DNA of 64,000 nt from an uncultured Pseudomonadales bacterium (GTDB lineage Bacteria > Pseudomonadota > Gammaproteobacteria > Pseudomonadales > Azotimanducaceae), in contig CAJJAX010000036.1 of assembly GCA_905182155.1 (NCBI GenBank), positions 2,782-66,781 of the forward strand, read 5' to 3'. This document shows, in pieces, positions 1-10,608 of the stretch. A program made the position numbers and the translations under genes. The notes under the pieces were generated by a model, which was not told the origin of the DNA, searched no databases, and worked only from the letters and a program-made list of their open reading frames with translations. Positions within the stretch are counted from its first letter, which is position 1. Each line of letters starts with the position of its first letter.

Positions 1-1153
1 GGGCCTCCGTGAGCCCCAGGTCTTTTAAGATGGCATGGGTGTGCTCACCCAGCTTCGGCGGGTCTCCCACAGGCCGATGACGCAATGACGACAGCTTAAT
101 CGGGTTGGCGACCGTCCACTGAAAATCGGGGTCCTCTGATTGGGTTTCTACAATCACCTCGTTTTCGATGAGTTGTGCGCTTTGCACAACTTCGGAGATT
201 TTTTCGATTACGCTGTAACTCAGCGATTCAGCATCCAGGGCCTGACAGGCCTCAATCATGGTCATGCCACCAATCGCCTCTTGGAACAACTGCCGAACGT
301 CATCGCGAAGTTTCATGATCAATCGCAGGCTGGCAAACCTTGGCTCATTCAACCATTCCGGATGGCCCAGCGCGCGTGCAATCGCGGGCCATTCCTTTTC
401 CGGGTTCGGCGAGACTAAAACCAAAAACCGATGATCCGAGGTCTCGTAAATCATCGCAAAGGGCGAGCGATACCCTTTCTCTTCTAGGATCTGACTGAGA
501 TCAAACCCAGCGATCGCACCCTGTAAATGCATCCCGTTTGACCAGGCCCCATTGGCCACAAGCGAAGTTTCGACCGCATCCCCCAGCCCAGTTTTTTCGC
601 GCTGATACAGCGCCATCATAATGCCCGCAAACAGCGTCATCGCGGATGCGTGGTCGCCAACGCCACCAACCGGAAAGCTCGGTGCGGCCTGGCCTTTTTT
701 CATTAAATCCAAAATGCCCGCACTCGACCACCAGGCTGTGGTGTCGTACCCGCGCTTATCAGCATCCGGCCCCTTTGTACCAAAACCCGTCAATTGACCG
801 TAAATCAACCGGGGGTTCAAATCACGGAGGCGCTCATAAGCCACATTATAACGATCGATTTGGTCCGATCTAAAATTGTGAACAAAGATATCTGCGGTTT
901 GAATCAACTGATGCAAAATGTCGCGACCCGCCTCGGTATTCAGATCCACCGAGATCGCTTCTTTATGCCTTGAGGTCAGCGCCCAATTAAAGTCGAACCG
1001 ATGCCGACCATGCAGCAACCGGTAGGCATCGCCCAATGGGGCTTCAACTTTAATCACCCGCGCGCCAAAATCCGCAAAAATCGTTGCAGCACCCGGACCC
1101 GCAACAAACGAGGCGGCATCAATAACCACTAAATCCTTAAAGAGGCTTTCCAT
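1..1153 (-). CDS. Family III CoA-transferase (CaiB/BaiF type); the 3' end runs off the left window edge
   Basis: Absent from the ORF track because there is no stop inside the window. Reverse complement from ATG 1153..1151 reads MESLFKDLVVIDAASFVAGPGAATIFADFGARVIKVEAPLGDAYRLLHGRHRFDFNWALTSRHKEAISVDLNTEAGRDILHQLIQTADIFVHNFRSDQIDRYNVAYERLRDLNPRLIYGQLTGFGTKGPDADKRGYD. It stays open as far as I translated by hand (to about 720). The GA.VIKVE.P..GD N-terminus is typical of the family. Confidence 0.8.
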   Translation of the reverse strand, partial: MESLFKDLVVIDAASFVAGPGAATIFADFGARVIKVEAPLGDAYRLLHGRHRFDFNWALTSRHKEAISVDLNTEAGRDILHQLIQTADIFVHNFRSDQIDRYNVAYERLRDLNPRLIYGQLTGFGTKGPDADKRGYDTTAWWSSAGILDLMKKGQAAPSFPVGGVGDHASAMTLFAGIMMALYQREKTGLGDAVETSLVANGAWSNGMHLQGAIAGFDLSQILEEKGYRSPFAMIYETSDHRFLVLVSPNPEKEWPAIARALGHPEWLNEPRFASLRLIMKLRDDVRQLFQEAIGGMTMIEACQALDAESLSYSVIEKISEVVQSAQLIENEVIVETQSEDPDFQWTVANPIKLSSLRHRPVGDPPKLGEHTHAILKDLGLTEA

Positions 1154-1226
1154 TTCAATTTGCATCGTTTCAGGTAAACCCCTATCTTAGCCCAGTTCTA
1201 TTTATTTCTGCGAGACGGTATTAGCT

Positions 1227-2918
1227 ATGTACGATGTATTAAAACAGGTATGGACCGAGATGACCGGGCCCGGCGGCGCTTTTGAGATTGAGGAAATCAA
1301 TGTTCGAGGCTTTTCGATACGAACCTATAAAGCTGCCCCGCCCTCGCTTCGGGAAGTTTGGCTCAGCTCTATCGCGTTTTCGGAACGACCCTACTTGGTG
1401 TTCGAAGACGAAACCCTCAGCTACGGCGAGACCCACGACCGGGTCAATCGCATGGCTGCCTGGATGCAGGAAATGGGTTTAAAGCCAGGCGACCGCGTCG
1501 CCATTGCCCTGCGCAATTTCCCAGAGTGGATGCAATGCTACTGGGCGGTGGTTTCATCCGGGCTCACCGTTGTGGGCATGAATGCCTGGTGGGTTAAAGA
1601 TGAAATGGATTACGCTCTAAAAGATGCCAGTCCCAAACTATTATTTGCGGATGAGGAACGTCTGAGTCGGTTCGAGGACCTTCGCGATCAATATCCGGAT
1701 CTGCCCGTCGTTGGTATTCGGTCAGAACCACGGGATTGGGTGACGCCCTTTGAATCGCTCATGCAGAGCCCTTCCATCCTGCCTAATGTCACGGTTGATC
1801 CAGATAGTGATGCCTGCATCTTTTACACCTCCGGGACAACGGGGCGACCCAAAGGCGCCCAGCAAACCCATCGCGGCTGTGTTCATAACATCCTCAACAT
1901 GGGGTTTTGGGCCGGCTGCTTAGCCCAAACCATGCACCGGGTGAAGGGCGCACCGTTACCTGACCCGACCACGGCGCCACCCGGATCCGCGCTGGTCACG
2001 ACCCCCTTGTTTCACGTTACTGCCAATAACTGTCTTGCGCATGCAATGACCCTTGGGGGTGGCAAATTGGTTCACATGTATAAATGGGACGCCGGCGCGG
2101 CCTTGGCGTTGATCGAACGCGAGCAGATAACGAATCTGACTGGGGTACCAGTCATGAGTCGAGAACTGATTACCCACCCGGATTTTGATAAATATGACAC
2201 CTCGAGTCTGATGTCTGTCGGCGGCGGTGGCGCGCAATTGCAACCGGACCTGGTTGGCAAAATTGATCAAGCCATCACCAACGCTCGCCCGAGCACAGGC
2301 TATGGCATGACCGAAACCTGCGGCATCATTACCTCCGTTGGCGGTGATTTCTTCGTCGATAAGCCAGACAGCTGCGGCCCAGCAATGCCTTCGTTTGAAG
2401 TCAAAACCATCGACAGCGAGGGCAACGAGACCCACGGCACACCCGGGGAGCTCTTGGTAAGAGGGGCACCGGTCATCAAAGGCTACCTAAACCGCGAAGA
2501 CGCCACAGCCGAATCCATTACAGAAGGCTGGCTGCATACTGGCGATGTTGCGACCATTGACGACACTGGGTTTATCTTCATTGTCGACCGGGTTAAGGAC
2601 ATGGTGCTGCGCGGCGGCGAAAATATCTACTGCTCGGAGGTTGAAAGCGTCCTATTCCAAATTGAAGCGCTGGCGGAATGCAGCGTGTTTGGCGTGCCGG
2701 ATGATCGATTGGGTGAAGAGGTCGGTGCGGCGATTTATTTAAAGCCAAATCAACCTGCAACGCCTGACGATATTCGAGGATTCTGCGCGACGCTGATGGC
2801 AAAGCACAAGATCCCCCGTTATCTGTGGATTTTGGAAACTCCATTACCCCGTAATGCCAGCGGCAAGTTTTTGAAACGCGAGCTTCGCGATCACCTCGCG
2901 CTGAGCGACGCGGTTTAA
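1227..2918 (+). CDS. AMP-dependent acyl-CoA synthetase/ligase (ANL superfamily)
   Basis: 563-aa ORF with the AMP-binding motif FYTSGTTGRPKG. Also has STGYGMTETCG and WLHTGDVATIDDTGFIFIVDRVKDMVLRGGENIY. Confidence 0.9.
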   Translation: MYDVLKQVWTEMTGPGGAFEIEEINVRGFSIRTYKAAPPSLREVWLSSIAFSERPYLVFEDETLSYGETHDRVNRMAAWMQEMGLKPGDRVAIALRNFPEWMQCYWAVVSSGLTVVGMNAWWVKDEMDYALKDASPKLLFADEERLSRFEDLRDQYPDLPVVGIRSEPRDWVTPFESLMQSPSILPNVTVDPDSDACIFYTSGTTGRPKGAQQTHRGCVHNILNMGFWAGCLAQTMHRVKGAPLPDPTTAPPGSALVTTPLFHVTANNCLAHAMTLGGGKLVHMYKWDAGAALALIEREQITNLTGVPVMSRELITHPDFDKYDTSSLMSVGGGGAQLQPDLVGKIDQAITNARPSTGYGMTETCGIITSVGGDFFVDKPDSCGPAMPSFEVKTIDSEGNETHGTPGELLVRGAPVIKGYLNREDATAESITEGWLHTGDVATIDDTGFIFIVDRVKDMVLRGGENIYCSEVESVLFQIEALAECSVFGVPDDRLGEEVGAAIYLKPNQPATPDDIRGFCATLMAKHKIPRYLWILETPLPRNASGKFLKRELRDHLALSDAV

Positions 2919-2930
2919 GACTTGCTGATA

Positions 2931-5096
2931 CTAGCGGCCTCGAGACTTGGGCTTTGGTTTGGGTTTCGCCCGGTGCTTCGGCACTTTCGGCAAGCCCAAA
3001 TGCTGGGTTTTAAACGGTTGCCCCAATGCCATGGGCCCGCCAAATTGGGTTCTCGGCACGAGGTGCGCCCGGGTATTACCGATCAGATCCGCCCGCCCCA
3101 TCCGCCGCAGCGCTTGCCTTAACATCGGCCAATTATTAACGTCGTGATATCTTAAAAACGCTTTATGCAATCGGCGTTGTTCCGGCTTCTTGACGCTTTC
3201 AACGGGCACCGCCCGACGACCAACCCGGTGCAAGGGGTCAGAACCGCTATGGTACATCGCCGTCGCCGTCGCCATCGGGGACGGATAAAACGATTGCACC
3301 TGATCGGCCCGAAAGCCATTGGACTTTAACCAGAGCGCAAGATTCATCATGTCTTCATCGGTCGTGCCAGGATGGCCTGCTATGAAATAGGGAATAAGGT
3401 ATTGCTCTTTTTCAGCTTCGGCCGAGAAACGATCAAACAGGGCCTTAAAGGCATCATAGGTACCAATACCCGGTTTCATCATTTTTGACAGCGGACCACT
3501 CTCGGTATGTTCCGGCGCGATTTTAAGGTAACCGCCCACGTGGTGCTTCACCAACTCCTCGACATACTCTGGCGTCTCAACCGCAAGATCGTAGCGCAGG
3601 CCGGAGGCGATTAAGACTTTTTTCACCCCTGGAATTGCCCGCGCCTTACGATAAAGACCAATCAATGGGGTCTGGTCGGTATCGAGATTCTTGCAAATCC
3701 CTGGATAGACGCAAGAGGGCCGCTTGCAGCTGGCCTCGATCTCCCGGTCTTTACACGCGAGACGCCACATATTGGCTGTCGGCCCACCCAGGTCCGAGAT
3801 AATCCCGGTAAAGCCCGGGGTTTTGTCCCGGATCTGCTCAATCTCATTGAGGATAGAGCCTTCACTTCGGCTTTGAATAATTCGGCCTTCATGCTCTGTG
3901 ATCGAACAAAAACTACAACCCCCAAAGCACCCGCGCATAATATTGACCGAAAACCGAATCATATCGTAAGCCGGTATCTTGGCATCGCCATAGCGGGGGT
4001 GCGGCACGCGTTGGTAAGGCAATTCAAAGACCCGATCAATTTCTGGCGTTGAAAGCGGAATGGGCGGCGGGTTAAGCCAGACCCAACGATCACCATGTTG
4101 TTGCACCAGCGGTTTGGCATTTAGAGGGTTTGTCTCGCGATGCAGAATTCTAGAGGCATGGGCATAGAGCAGATCGTCCTCGACCGCGGACTCAAAACTA
4201 GGCAATTGAATATAACTGAGCACCTTGGTTGGTAATGGCTGAAGGATCCCATCGACCGTTATGGCTTTGCTTTTACTGTTACTTTTACTGTTACTTTTGA
4301 CCACAGGTTGTTCAGCGGGCCCGGACCGAGCGATCAACTGCTGGGCGCCACCCCCTGCAATCTTCGCTTCAGGCAATTGGCTTTCATCAATAACCGTGTA
4401 CGCGTCTGGCAGAGACCGCAGCATAAAAGCCGTGCCGCGAATGTCCTGAAGGTCTTTAATTGCGTCCCCGGCGGCAAGCCGATGGGTCATCTCAACCAGC
4501 GCCCGTTCAGCATTACCGTACAGTAAAAGGTCAGCGCCCGAATCGAGCAAGATTGAGCGACGCACCTTATCGCTCCAATAATCGTAATGTGCGATTCGGC
4601 GCAGGCTAGCCTCGATGGAACCAATCACCAACGGCACGTGACCGAAGGCCTCGCGGCAGCGTTGCGCGTAAACAATCACCGCCCGGTCGGGTCGCAGACC
4701 TGGCGCGCCGGCAGGTGAATAGGCATCATCGTTTCTTCTTTTTCGATCTGCCGTGTAATGGTTGATGAGCGAATCCATATTACCGGCCGCAACGCCAAAA
4801 TACAGACTGGGCTCACCTAACGCTTTAAAGGGTTCAACCGATTGCCAATCCGGCTGCGCAATGATCCCGACTCTGAAGCCTTGGGCTTCCAGTACCCGAC
4901 CAATCACCGCCATGCCAAAACTGGGATGGTCAACGTAGGCATCGCCGGTCACGATAATGACATCACACCGATCCCAACCGAGCGCATCCATCTCGGATCT
5001 TGAGGTGGGTAAAAATGGCGCCGTACCGAAGCACTCGGCCCAATAGGGTTGGTAGTCGAACAAGCCCTGACGGGAATTTGCTAGCATGAACTGCAC
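2931..5096 (-). CDS. ygiQ: YgiQ-family radical SAM protein (UPF0313)
   Basis: 721-aa ORF. N-terminal [18 protein letters not shown] and the radical-SAM cluster motif [19 protein letters not shown]. Carries an internal [10 protein letters not shown] low-complexity insert and a basic [11 protein letters not shown] tail. Confidence 0.85.
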   Translation of the reverse strand: MQFMLANSRQGLFDYQPYWAECFGTAPFLPTSRSEMDALGWDRCDVIIVTGDAYVDHPSFGMAVIGRVLEAQGFRVGIIAQPDWQSVEPFKALGEPSLYFGVAAGNMDSLINHYTADRKRRNDDAYSPAGAPGLRPDRAVIVYAQRCREAFGHVPLVIGSIEASLRRIAHYDYWSDKVRRSILLDSGADLLLYGNAERALVEMTHRLAAGDAIKDLQDIRGTAFMLRSLPDAYTVIDESQLPEAKIAGGGAQQLIARSGPAEQPVVKSNSKSNSKSKAITVDGILQPLPTKVLSYIQLPSFESAVEDDLLYAHASRILHRETNPLNAKPLVQQHGDRWVWLNPPPIPLSTPEIDRVFELPYQRVPHPRYGDAKIPAYDMIRFSVNIMRGCFGGCSFCSITEHEGRIIQSRSEGSILNEIEQIRDKTPGFTGIISDLGGPTANMWRLACKDREIEASCKRPSCVYPGICKNLDTDQTPLIGLYRKARAIPGVKKVLIASGLRYDLAVETPEYVEELVKHHVGGYLKIAPEHTESGPLSKMMKPGIGTYDAFKALFDRFSAEAEKEQYLIPYFIAGHPGTTDEDMMNLALWLKSNGFRADQVQSFYPSPMATATAMYHSGSDPLHRVGRRAVPVESVKKPEQRRLHKAFLRYHDVNNWPMLRQALRRMGRADLIGNTRAHLVPRTQFGGPMALGQPFKTQHLGLPKVPKHRAKPKPKPKSRGR
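4265..4298. repeat. 12-bp tandem repeat (cttttactgtta, two full copies plus partial flanks) inside ygiQ, encoding (SNSK)n
   Basis: Read directly: identical 12-mers at 4270-4281 and 4282-4293, with partial copies on both sides. The period is a multiple of 3, so the frame is kept. Confidence 0.6.
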
Positions 5097-5606
5097 TCGT
5101 GCGAAGGACTGAAACGAAAACGCCTATTGTAGAGGTTTTACGGCGTTCCTCAACGTTCCGCCCGAAACAAGTCGAACGCAAGGGGTGCTTGCCCGCTAAT
5201 TGTGACCGATTTGGGGTTCGTGGTGATTTGATCAGTGGTTATTGACCCGGAGTGATGGGCAAACGCTTCAGCAGGCCGCGGTTTGGGCACGTGCGCGTTG
5301 CACTGCCGCGTTTCGGGCGTGGCGCTTAGGGTTCTGGCAGTCGCCGCCTTGGTCTCTTAATCGTTGAGCATTTAGAATATATTATTCTACTTTTATTCTT
5401 TTTATTATTGCTTTAAGCCTTGCTATTGTCCCCGATCACATTATCTCAGACCTTGCTGTTAAGCGCGCTTGGCCCCCAAAACCAGGGTCGCCAAGGCTCG
5501 ATGATCCTGTTTTAATAACAGTAAGGTTAACGGTTTCGGAGAACTTCTGGGACTGAACTGCGAAGGTCAAAAGCCGAAGCAAAACGCTGACTATGGAACC
5601 GATATT

Positions 5607-7409
5607 ATGACGCAGCATCCCCGCCTAGATCGATGGATTGAAGAGATCAAAACCCTTTGCGAACCGGATCAGTTGGTCCTTTGCGATGGCAGTCCAGAGG
5701 AATATAGCCGAATGATGACCGCGCTCACCGACGCAGGTGTTGCCAAGCCACTCAATCCTGAAATCCGCCCCAACAGCTATCTTGTTCGTTCAGATCCGGC
5801 GGATGTGGCACGGGTTGAAAGCCGAACCTTTATCTGCAGCGCTGATGAAGAAGATGCGGGCCCAACCAATCACTGGGCAGAACCGGACCAAATGCGCGCC
5901 ACCCTGACCGATCTATTCAAAGGGTGTATGCGCGGACGCACCCTGTACGTCATTCCTTTCAGTATGGGCCCGGTTGGCTCTCCGATCGCTCACATTGGTG
6001 TTGAAATTTCAGATTCACCCTATGTTGTTGCCAGCATGCACATCATGACCCGGGTTGGCCGCGCGGTCCTTGCGCAGTTGGGCACCGATGGCGCATTTGT
6101 GCCTTGTTTGCATTCGGTGGGGCAACCTATAACCGATGGCACGACTGGCGCCGCCTGGCCCTGCAATCCCGACAACCTTTACGTCGCACATTTCCCTGAG
6201 ACCCGTGAAATCTGGAGCTTTGGCTCAGGCTACGGCGGCAATGCCTTGCTGGGTAAAAAATGTTTCGCGCTTCGAATCGCGTCCGCTATGGCCAAACAAG
6301 AAGGCTGGTTAGCGGAGCACATGCTGATTTTGAAACTCACCAATGCACAAGGTGAATACCGTTATGTGGCGGGCGCCTTTCCAAGTGCTTGCGGCAAAAC
6401 CAATCTCGCAATGCTGGTCCCCAGTATTCCAGGCTGGACCGTTGAAACCGTTGGTGATGATATCTGCTGGATGAAATTTGGCGATGACGGCCAGCTTTAT
6501 GCGATTAATCCCGAAGCCGGTTTCTTTGGCGTGGCACCTGGAACGAGTCTGGACACCAACCCGAACGCCATGGCGAGCCTCAGTGGCAACTGTATCTTTA
6601 CCAATGTTGCTGAAACCGAAGATGGGGATATTTGGTGGGAAGGCATGACGCCGGAACTGCCAGCGCGTTTAACCGATTGGCTCGGCAACCCTTGGACACC
6701 TGACAGCAAAACCCCAGCGGCCCATCCGAATGCGCGCTTCACCGTTTCTGCCGCGCAATGCCCGGCAATTGCCGATGAGTGGGAAGACTTAAAAGGCGTT
6801 CCGATTAGCGCCATTCTTTTCGGGGGTCGACGGGCAACCGTCGTACCCTTAGTCAACGAAGCCAAGGACTGGGCGCAAGGCACTTTCTTTGGCTCGATTG
6901 TATCGTCTGAAAAAACCGCCGCGGCTGCCGGAAAAATTGGCGAGTTGCGCCGAGACCCCATGGCAATGCTCCCTTTCTGCGGCTACAACATGGCCGACTA
7001 CTGGAGTCATTGGTTATCCGTCGGCGAACAAGAAGGCGCAGTGTTACCAAAAATTTACTACGTCAATTGGTTTCGAAAAGATGATGCCGGCGGCTTTGTC
7101 TGGCCGGGGTTTGGTGAAAACGCGCGGGTTTTGGAATGGGTTTTTGAGCGCTGCGCCGGTCGCGCTGATGCCATCGATACCCCCATCGGGCGCCTACCCA
7201 CCCTTGATGGCATTAACTTCACTAACCTCAATCTGTCCGATGACGATATCTCGACGCTGTTAAAGGTTGATGTCGATGGCTGGTTAGCCGAGATTCCCCT
7301 GATTGAGGCCTACTACGAAAGTTTTGGCGAGAAGGTCCCCGATGCGCTATGGGAACAACTGAGTGACCTAAAACAACGTTTACTCGCTTCGGGCGAACAG
7401 GTTGCCTAA
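5607..7409 (+). CDS. pckG: Phosphoenolpyruvate carboxykinase (GTP)
   Basis: 600-aa ORF with the GTP-PEPCK P-loop [15 protein letters not shown]. Also [26 protein letters not shown] and [12 protein letters not shown] blocks. Confidence 0.95.
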   Translation: MTQHPRLDRWIEEIKTLCEPDQLVLCDGSPEEYSRMMTALTDAGVAKPLNPEIRPNSYLVRSDPADVARVESRTFICSADEEDAGPTNHWAEPDQMRATLTDLFKGCMRGRTLYVIPFSMGPVGSPIAHIGVEISDSPYVVASMHIMTRVGRAVLAQLGTDGAFVPCLHSVGQPITDGTTGAAWPCNPDNLYVAHFPETREIWSFGSGYGGNALLGKKCFALRIASAMAKQEGWLAEHMLILKLTNAQGEYRYVAGAFPSACGKTNLAMLVPSIPGWTVETVGDDICWMKFGDDGQLYAINPEAGFFGVAPGTSLDTNPNAMASLSGNCIFTNVAETEDGDIWWEGMTPELPARLTDWLGNPWTPDSKTPAAHPNARFTVSAAQCPAIADEWEDLKGVPISAILFGGRRATVVPLVNEAKDWAQGTFFGSIVSSEKTAAAAGKIGELRRDPMAMLPFCGYNMADYWSHWLSVGEQEGAVLPKIYYVNWFRKDDAGGFVWPGFGENARVLEWVFERCAGRADAIDTPIGRLPTLDGINFTNLNLSDDDISTLLKVDVDGWLAEIPLIEAYYESFGEKVPDALWEQLSDLKQRLLASGEQVA

Positions 7410-7419
7410 GTTGGATTCA

Positions 7420-7437
7420 GGGCCGCTAATGCGGCCC
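7420..7437 (+). terminator. GC-rich hairpin 11 nt after the pckG stop (gggccgc-taat-gcggccc); no clear U-tract
   Basis: Perfect 7-bp stem with a 4-nt loop, read directly. The downstream sequence is not T-rich, so this is a weak intrinsic terminator at best. Confidence 0.4.
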
Positions 7438-7791
7438 CTTGGCGACGATTCAACCCATTAATCGTTGTGAGGCTAAGGTGAGATTAGCGTCAGCCGGTCC
7501 GCACAGTTTACAGGCCGGTGTCACGGCCTTGACCTCATTATTATGCTTGCTTTGACCCGGGCAACGAGCGGCAGGCTTGTTGGTTTGATCTCGGCGTTTG
7601 CCGGAATCAGCATTACCGTAAAAGTCAAAATCGAACTCAGTGATTTGTTATCGCAGCAACCGGACGCGCCTCGGTAACCCAGGCGCTACCAAACTTTTTT
7701 AAAGGTCAGACCCGCACGAAAAAAAGGTAATGCCGGTTTTTTTTGAACGCACTTGGCCTGCGCCAGAACCCGATACAAATCAGTTAAATAT

Positions 7792-7821
7792 CCTCCCCAA
7801 TGCCGAGCGGCATCAGGGAGG
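7792..7821 (-). terminator. Imperfect hairpin 11 nt downstream of the thiolase stop
   Basis: cctccc (7792-7797) pairs with gggagg (7816-7821). An inner gcc/ggc stem surrounds a gagc loop. On the minus strand it is followed by the moderately T-rich tatttaactgatttg. Confidence 0.45.
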
Positions 7822-7832
7822 CAGACTTCACC

Positions 7833-8999
7833 TTAATCTAACCGTTCAATAATCGTGCCGGTGCCGATACCGCCGCCACAACACATCGCGATCAGCGCAT
7901 AACGTCCGCCGGTGCGCTCGAGTTCATGGAGTGCCGTCGTGATCAAACGCGCGCCAGTGCTGCCCGTTGGATGACCCAAGGCAATCGCGCCACCATTCAC
8001 GTTCACCTTACTGTGGTCAACCCCAAGGTCTTTCTGCCAGCCTAAAACCACGGAGGCAAACGCCTCGTTTACCTCAAAGACATCGATATCCTCGAGGGTC
8101 AGGCCCGCGCGCTCAAGCACTTTACGGGTCGCCGGAATGGGGCCTTTCAGCATCGTGACCGGATCGACACCCACTAAGGTGGTGGCTTTGATCTTTGCCC
8201 GCGGCTTTAATCCCAACCGCTCACACGCCGACTCGCTGGCCATAATGATCGCGGCCGCGCCATCGGAAACTTGCGAGCTGGAACCCGCCGTATGAATCTC
8301 TTGACCCGGCACGGGATTCAATCCAGCGAGCGACTCAAGGGTTGTTTCCCGCAGACCTTCGTCTCGATCAACGATTCGCATCTCACCGGTTGGCTCGAAC
8401 TTTTCATTCAAAATAGGCGCCTCAATGGCCGCCACTTCCCGATCAAAGCGACCTTCAGCCCAAGCATTAATGGCCTTTTGCTGACTTTCCAACCCAAACT
8501 GATCGGTATCGGCTCGGGTGATTTGATACTCTTCGGCAATCATCGCCGCGCCCATAAACTGACTGGTGGGTTGATAATGCTGGCTGTAGGACTCGCCCAT
8601 GGGTGAGCCATCTTTCATATTTGAACCCAGCGGCACTCGGCTCATCATTTCAACGCCGCAACTCATCACCACGTCTTCAATGCCGGCGCCAATCATCGCG
8701 GCCGCCATGGACGTCGCTTGCTGGCTAGAACCGCATTGCGAGTCGACGGTGGTCGAGGCAACTTCTAACGGCAAACCTTGGGAGAGCCAGGCAATCCGAG
8801 CAATGTTAAAAGACTGCTCACCCACTTGAGAGACACACCCACCCACAACCTGATCGATTTCTGCGGGATTGATGCCGGCTCGATCGAGCGCTGCTTTTTG
8901 AACTTTACCCAAGAGGTCCGCCGGCTTTAAGCCAGCAAGCCCTTTGCCTCGTTTACCGATCGCGCTTCTGCACGCCTCAACAATATATACCTCGCCCAT
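7833..8999 (-). CDS. Acetyl-CoA C-acyltransferase (thiolase)
   Basis: 388-aa ORF with the catalytic Cys region VDSQCGSSQQA. C-terminal thiolase signatures NVNGGAIALGHPTGSTGARL and CCGGGIGTG. Confidence 0.9.
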   Translation of the reverse strand: MGEVYIVEACRSAIGKRGKGLAGLKPADLLGKVQKAALDRAGINPAEIDQVVGGCVSQVGEQSFNIARIAWLSQGLPLEVASTTVDSQCGSSQQATSMAAAMIGAGIEDVVMSCGVEMMSRVPLGSNMKDGSPMGESYSQHYQPTSQFMGAAMIAEEYQITRADTDQFGLESQQKAINAWAEGRFDREVAAIEAPILNEKFEPTGEMRIVDRDEGLRETTLESLAGLNPVPGQEIHTAGSSSQVSDGAAAIIMASESACERLGLKPRAKIKATTLVGVDPVTMLKGPIPATRKVLERAGLTLEDIDVFEVNEAFASVVLGWQKDLGVDHSKVNVNGGAIALGHPTGSTGARLITTALHELERTGGRYALIAMCCGGGIGTGTIIERLD

Positions 9000-9126
9000 G
9001 TGCTTTTCCTTATTGCGTTAGATTCAAGAATACGTTCCATTCGCACGCCAATTGAGTGCTGTCCGGCCCTACTTTAAGTGGCCTTTATAACACCTGCAAC
9101 CCAAGGACCGTGAATTCGCTGCTTGA

Positions 9127-10482
9127 TTATTGCTGGCGCCGGGCGGGACCCGTCCAATAAAAAATGGCACCGACCGCTGCCGAGACCAACAACATCAACC
9201 ACTCTTCGGGCCAAAGCAATGCAGCCGGACTACCGGGCAAATACAGTAGCAACAATCCAAACGTTAAGATCAGCGCAAGCGAGCCCACCCAACCACCGAA
9301 GGGCACCCGAAAGGGCCTCGGCATGGCCGGTTCTGCTCGTCGAAGTTGCAAAAAGGACATCACCACCAACAGATAGGCCACGACAATGGCAAAGCTGCCT
9401 GCATCCACCAACCAAACCAGCACCTCCCGCCCAAATAATGGCGACATTAAACTCAAGCCACCAATTGTGAGCACACTCACATAAGGTGTTTGGTACTTGG
9501 GATGCAAACGAGAAAAAACACTGGGGATCATTCCCGATGCGGAGAGCGCATACAGGATGCGACTGCCGCCAATAATAAACGCGTTCCAACTGGTTAAGAT
9601 CCCGCCGATTCCAGCTAACAGCATGACCTGCCCCATGAGCGAGCTTCCCCAAACCGCGGCCATGGCATCGGCCGTGGGCATGGTTGACGCGTCGAGCCCA
9701 TCGATGGTCAGTGCGCTGCCGACGGCGAGTGAGATAGCAATATACCAAGCGCCGGCAAGCCCAACCGACAGCACCAACAATCGCCCAATTCGGTTTGGCG
9801 GCAAATTGATCTCTTCGGCGCTCTGCGGAATGACGTCAAACCCAACCATCAACGCTGGCACCATGACCAGCACACTCAGAATACCCGTCAGGCCATTCGT
9901 CCATTGCGGCACTGCGGGCTCGAGGGACGGGCTGAGACTCACGCCAAAAAAGAACAAGATGCCAACCGCGATAAACAGGACGGTGATCAAGGTTTGAACA
10001 AAAGCGGCAAACCGAATACCCAGATAGTTGATGAACGTCATCAGCGCAGTTGCTAGGGCCCCAATTAAGACCATGGATAGGTACACGGGCGAGCCGGCGA
10101 CCTGCCAAAGCAAGCCGACTGCTAAATCTGGGAACAGGTATTCGAGCGCCGTGGGCAATGCGGCGGATTCGAAGACGCAGACCGTGACATAGGCAACCAC
10201 CACCGCCCAGCTGGCGACGAACGAGGCCGTGTAACCAAGCGCCCGCTTTGTATAGTGATGCTCACCGCCCGTTAAGGGCATGGCGGCTGCGAGTTCGGCA
10301 TAGGTCAGGCTGATGAGCAGCACAATGCCTGAGCCAATGACAAAGGCGATCACCGTGCCGAGGGTGCCAGCCCGCGCCAACCACTCACCGGTAAGCAACA
10401 CCCAGCTCCAACCAATCATGGCGCCACAGGACAGGGCGAGTACTTCCCGATTCAACAACGTTTTGGAAAACCCTGTGGTCAT
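9127..10482 (-). CDS. APC-superfamily amino acid/polyamine permease
   Basis: 451-aa, very hydrophobic ORF with roughly 12 TM segments. The N-terminus SCGAMIGWSWVLLTGEW and the overall layout are typical of APC permeases. Confidence 0.75.
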   Translation of the reverse strand: MTTGFSKTLLNREVLALSCGAMIGWSWVLLTGEWLARAGTLGTVIAFVIGSGIVLLISLTYAELAAAMPLTGGEHHYTKRALGYTASFVASWAVVVAYVTVCVFESAALPTALEYLFPDLAVGLLWQVAGSPVYLSMVLIGALATALMTFINYLGIRFAAFVQTLITVLFIAVGILFFFGVSLSPSLEPAVPQWTNGLTGILSVLVMVPALMVGFDVIPQSAEEINLPPNRIGRLLVLSVGLAGAWYIAISLAVGSALTIDGLDASTMPTADAMAAVWGSSLMGQVMLLAGIGGILTSWNAFIIGGSRILYALSASGMIPSVFSRLHPKYQTPYVSVLTIGGLSLMSPLFGREVLVWLVDAGSFAIVVAYLLVVMSFLQLRRAEPAMPRPFRVPFGGWVGSLALILTFGLLLLYLPGSPAALLWPEEWLMLLVSAAVGAIFYWTGPARRQQ

Positions 10483-10608
10483 GCGCGCCCTCCTGCTGAT
10501 TTTTTAACGATTGGCCTTGATCAAACTTGAAACTGTTCGATCTGATCAATCTTAGAGCCGTTCGGCCTGACGTACTTTTTAAAAAACGGTCGCCGAAGAC
10601 CGCTTACC

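Noticed and set aside
1956-2435. 159-aa minus-strand ORF inside the acyl-CoA synthetase gene. Similar long antisense ORFs occur at 9230-9748, 9497-9997, 11368-11829, 17438-17875, 18459-18845 and 60174-60587.
   Set aside because: Each lies entirely inside a well-supported gene on the other strand. Their composition is Arg/Gly/Pro/Ala-rich, typical of shadow frames in GC-rich coding DNA, and they have no motifs.
4274-4285. 12-mer tactgttacttt shared between the ygiQ repeat and a 12-bp-period repeat in the 21384-21410 spacer, considered as a dispersed repeat family
   Set aside because: Exact 12-mer matches between two sites are expected many times by chance in 64 kb. The similarity does not extend beyond the 12-mer, and both sites are low-complexity T-rich sequence.
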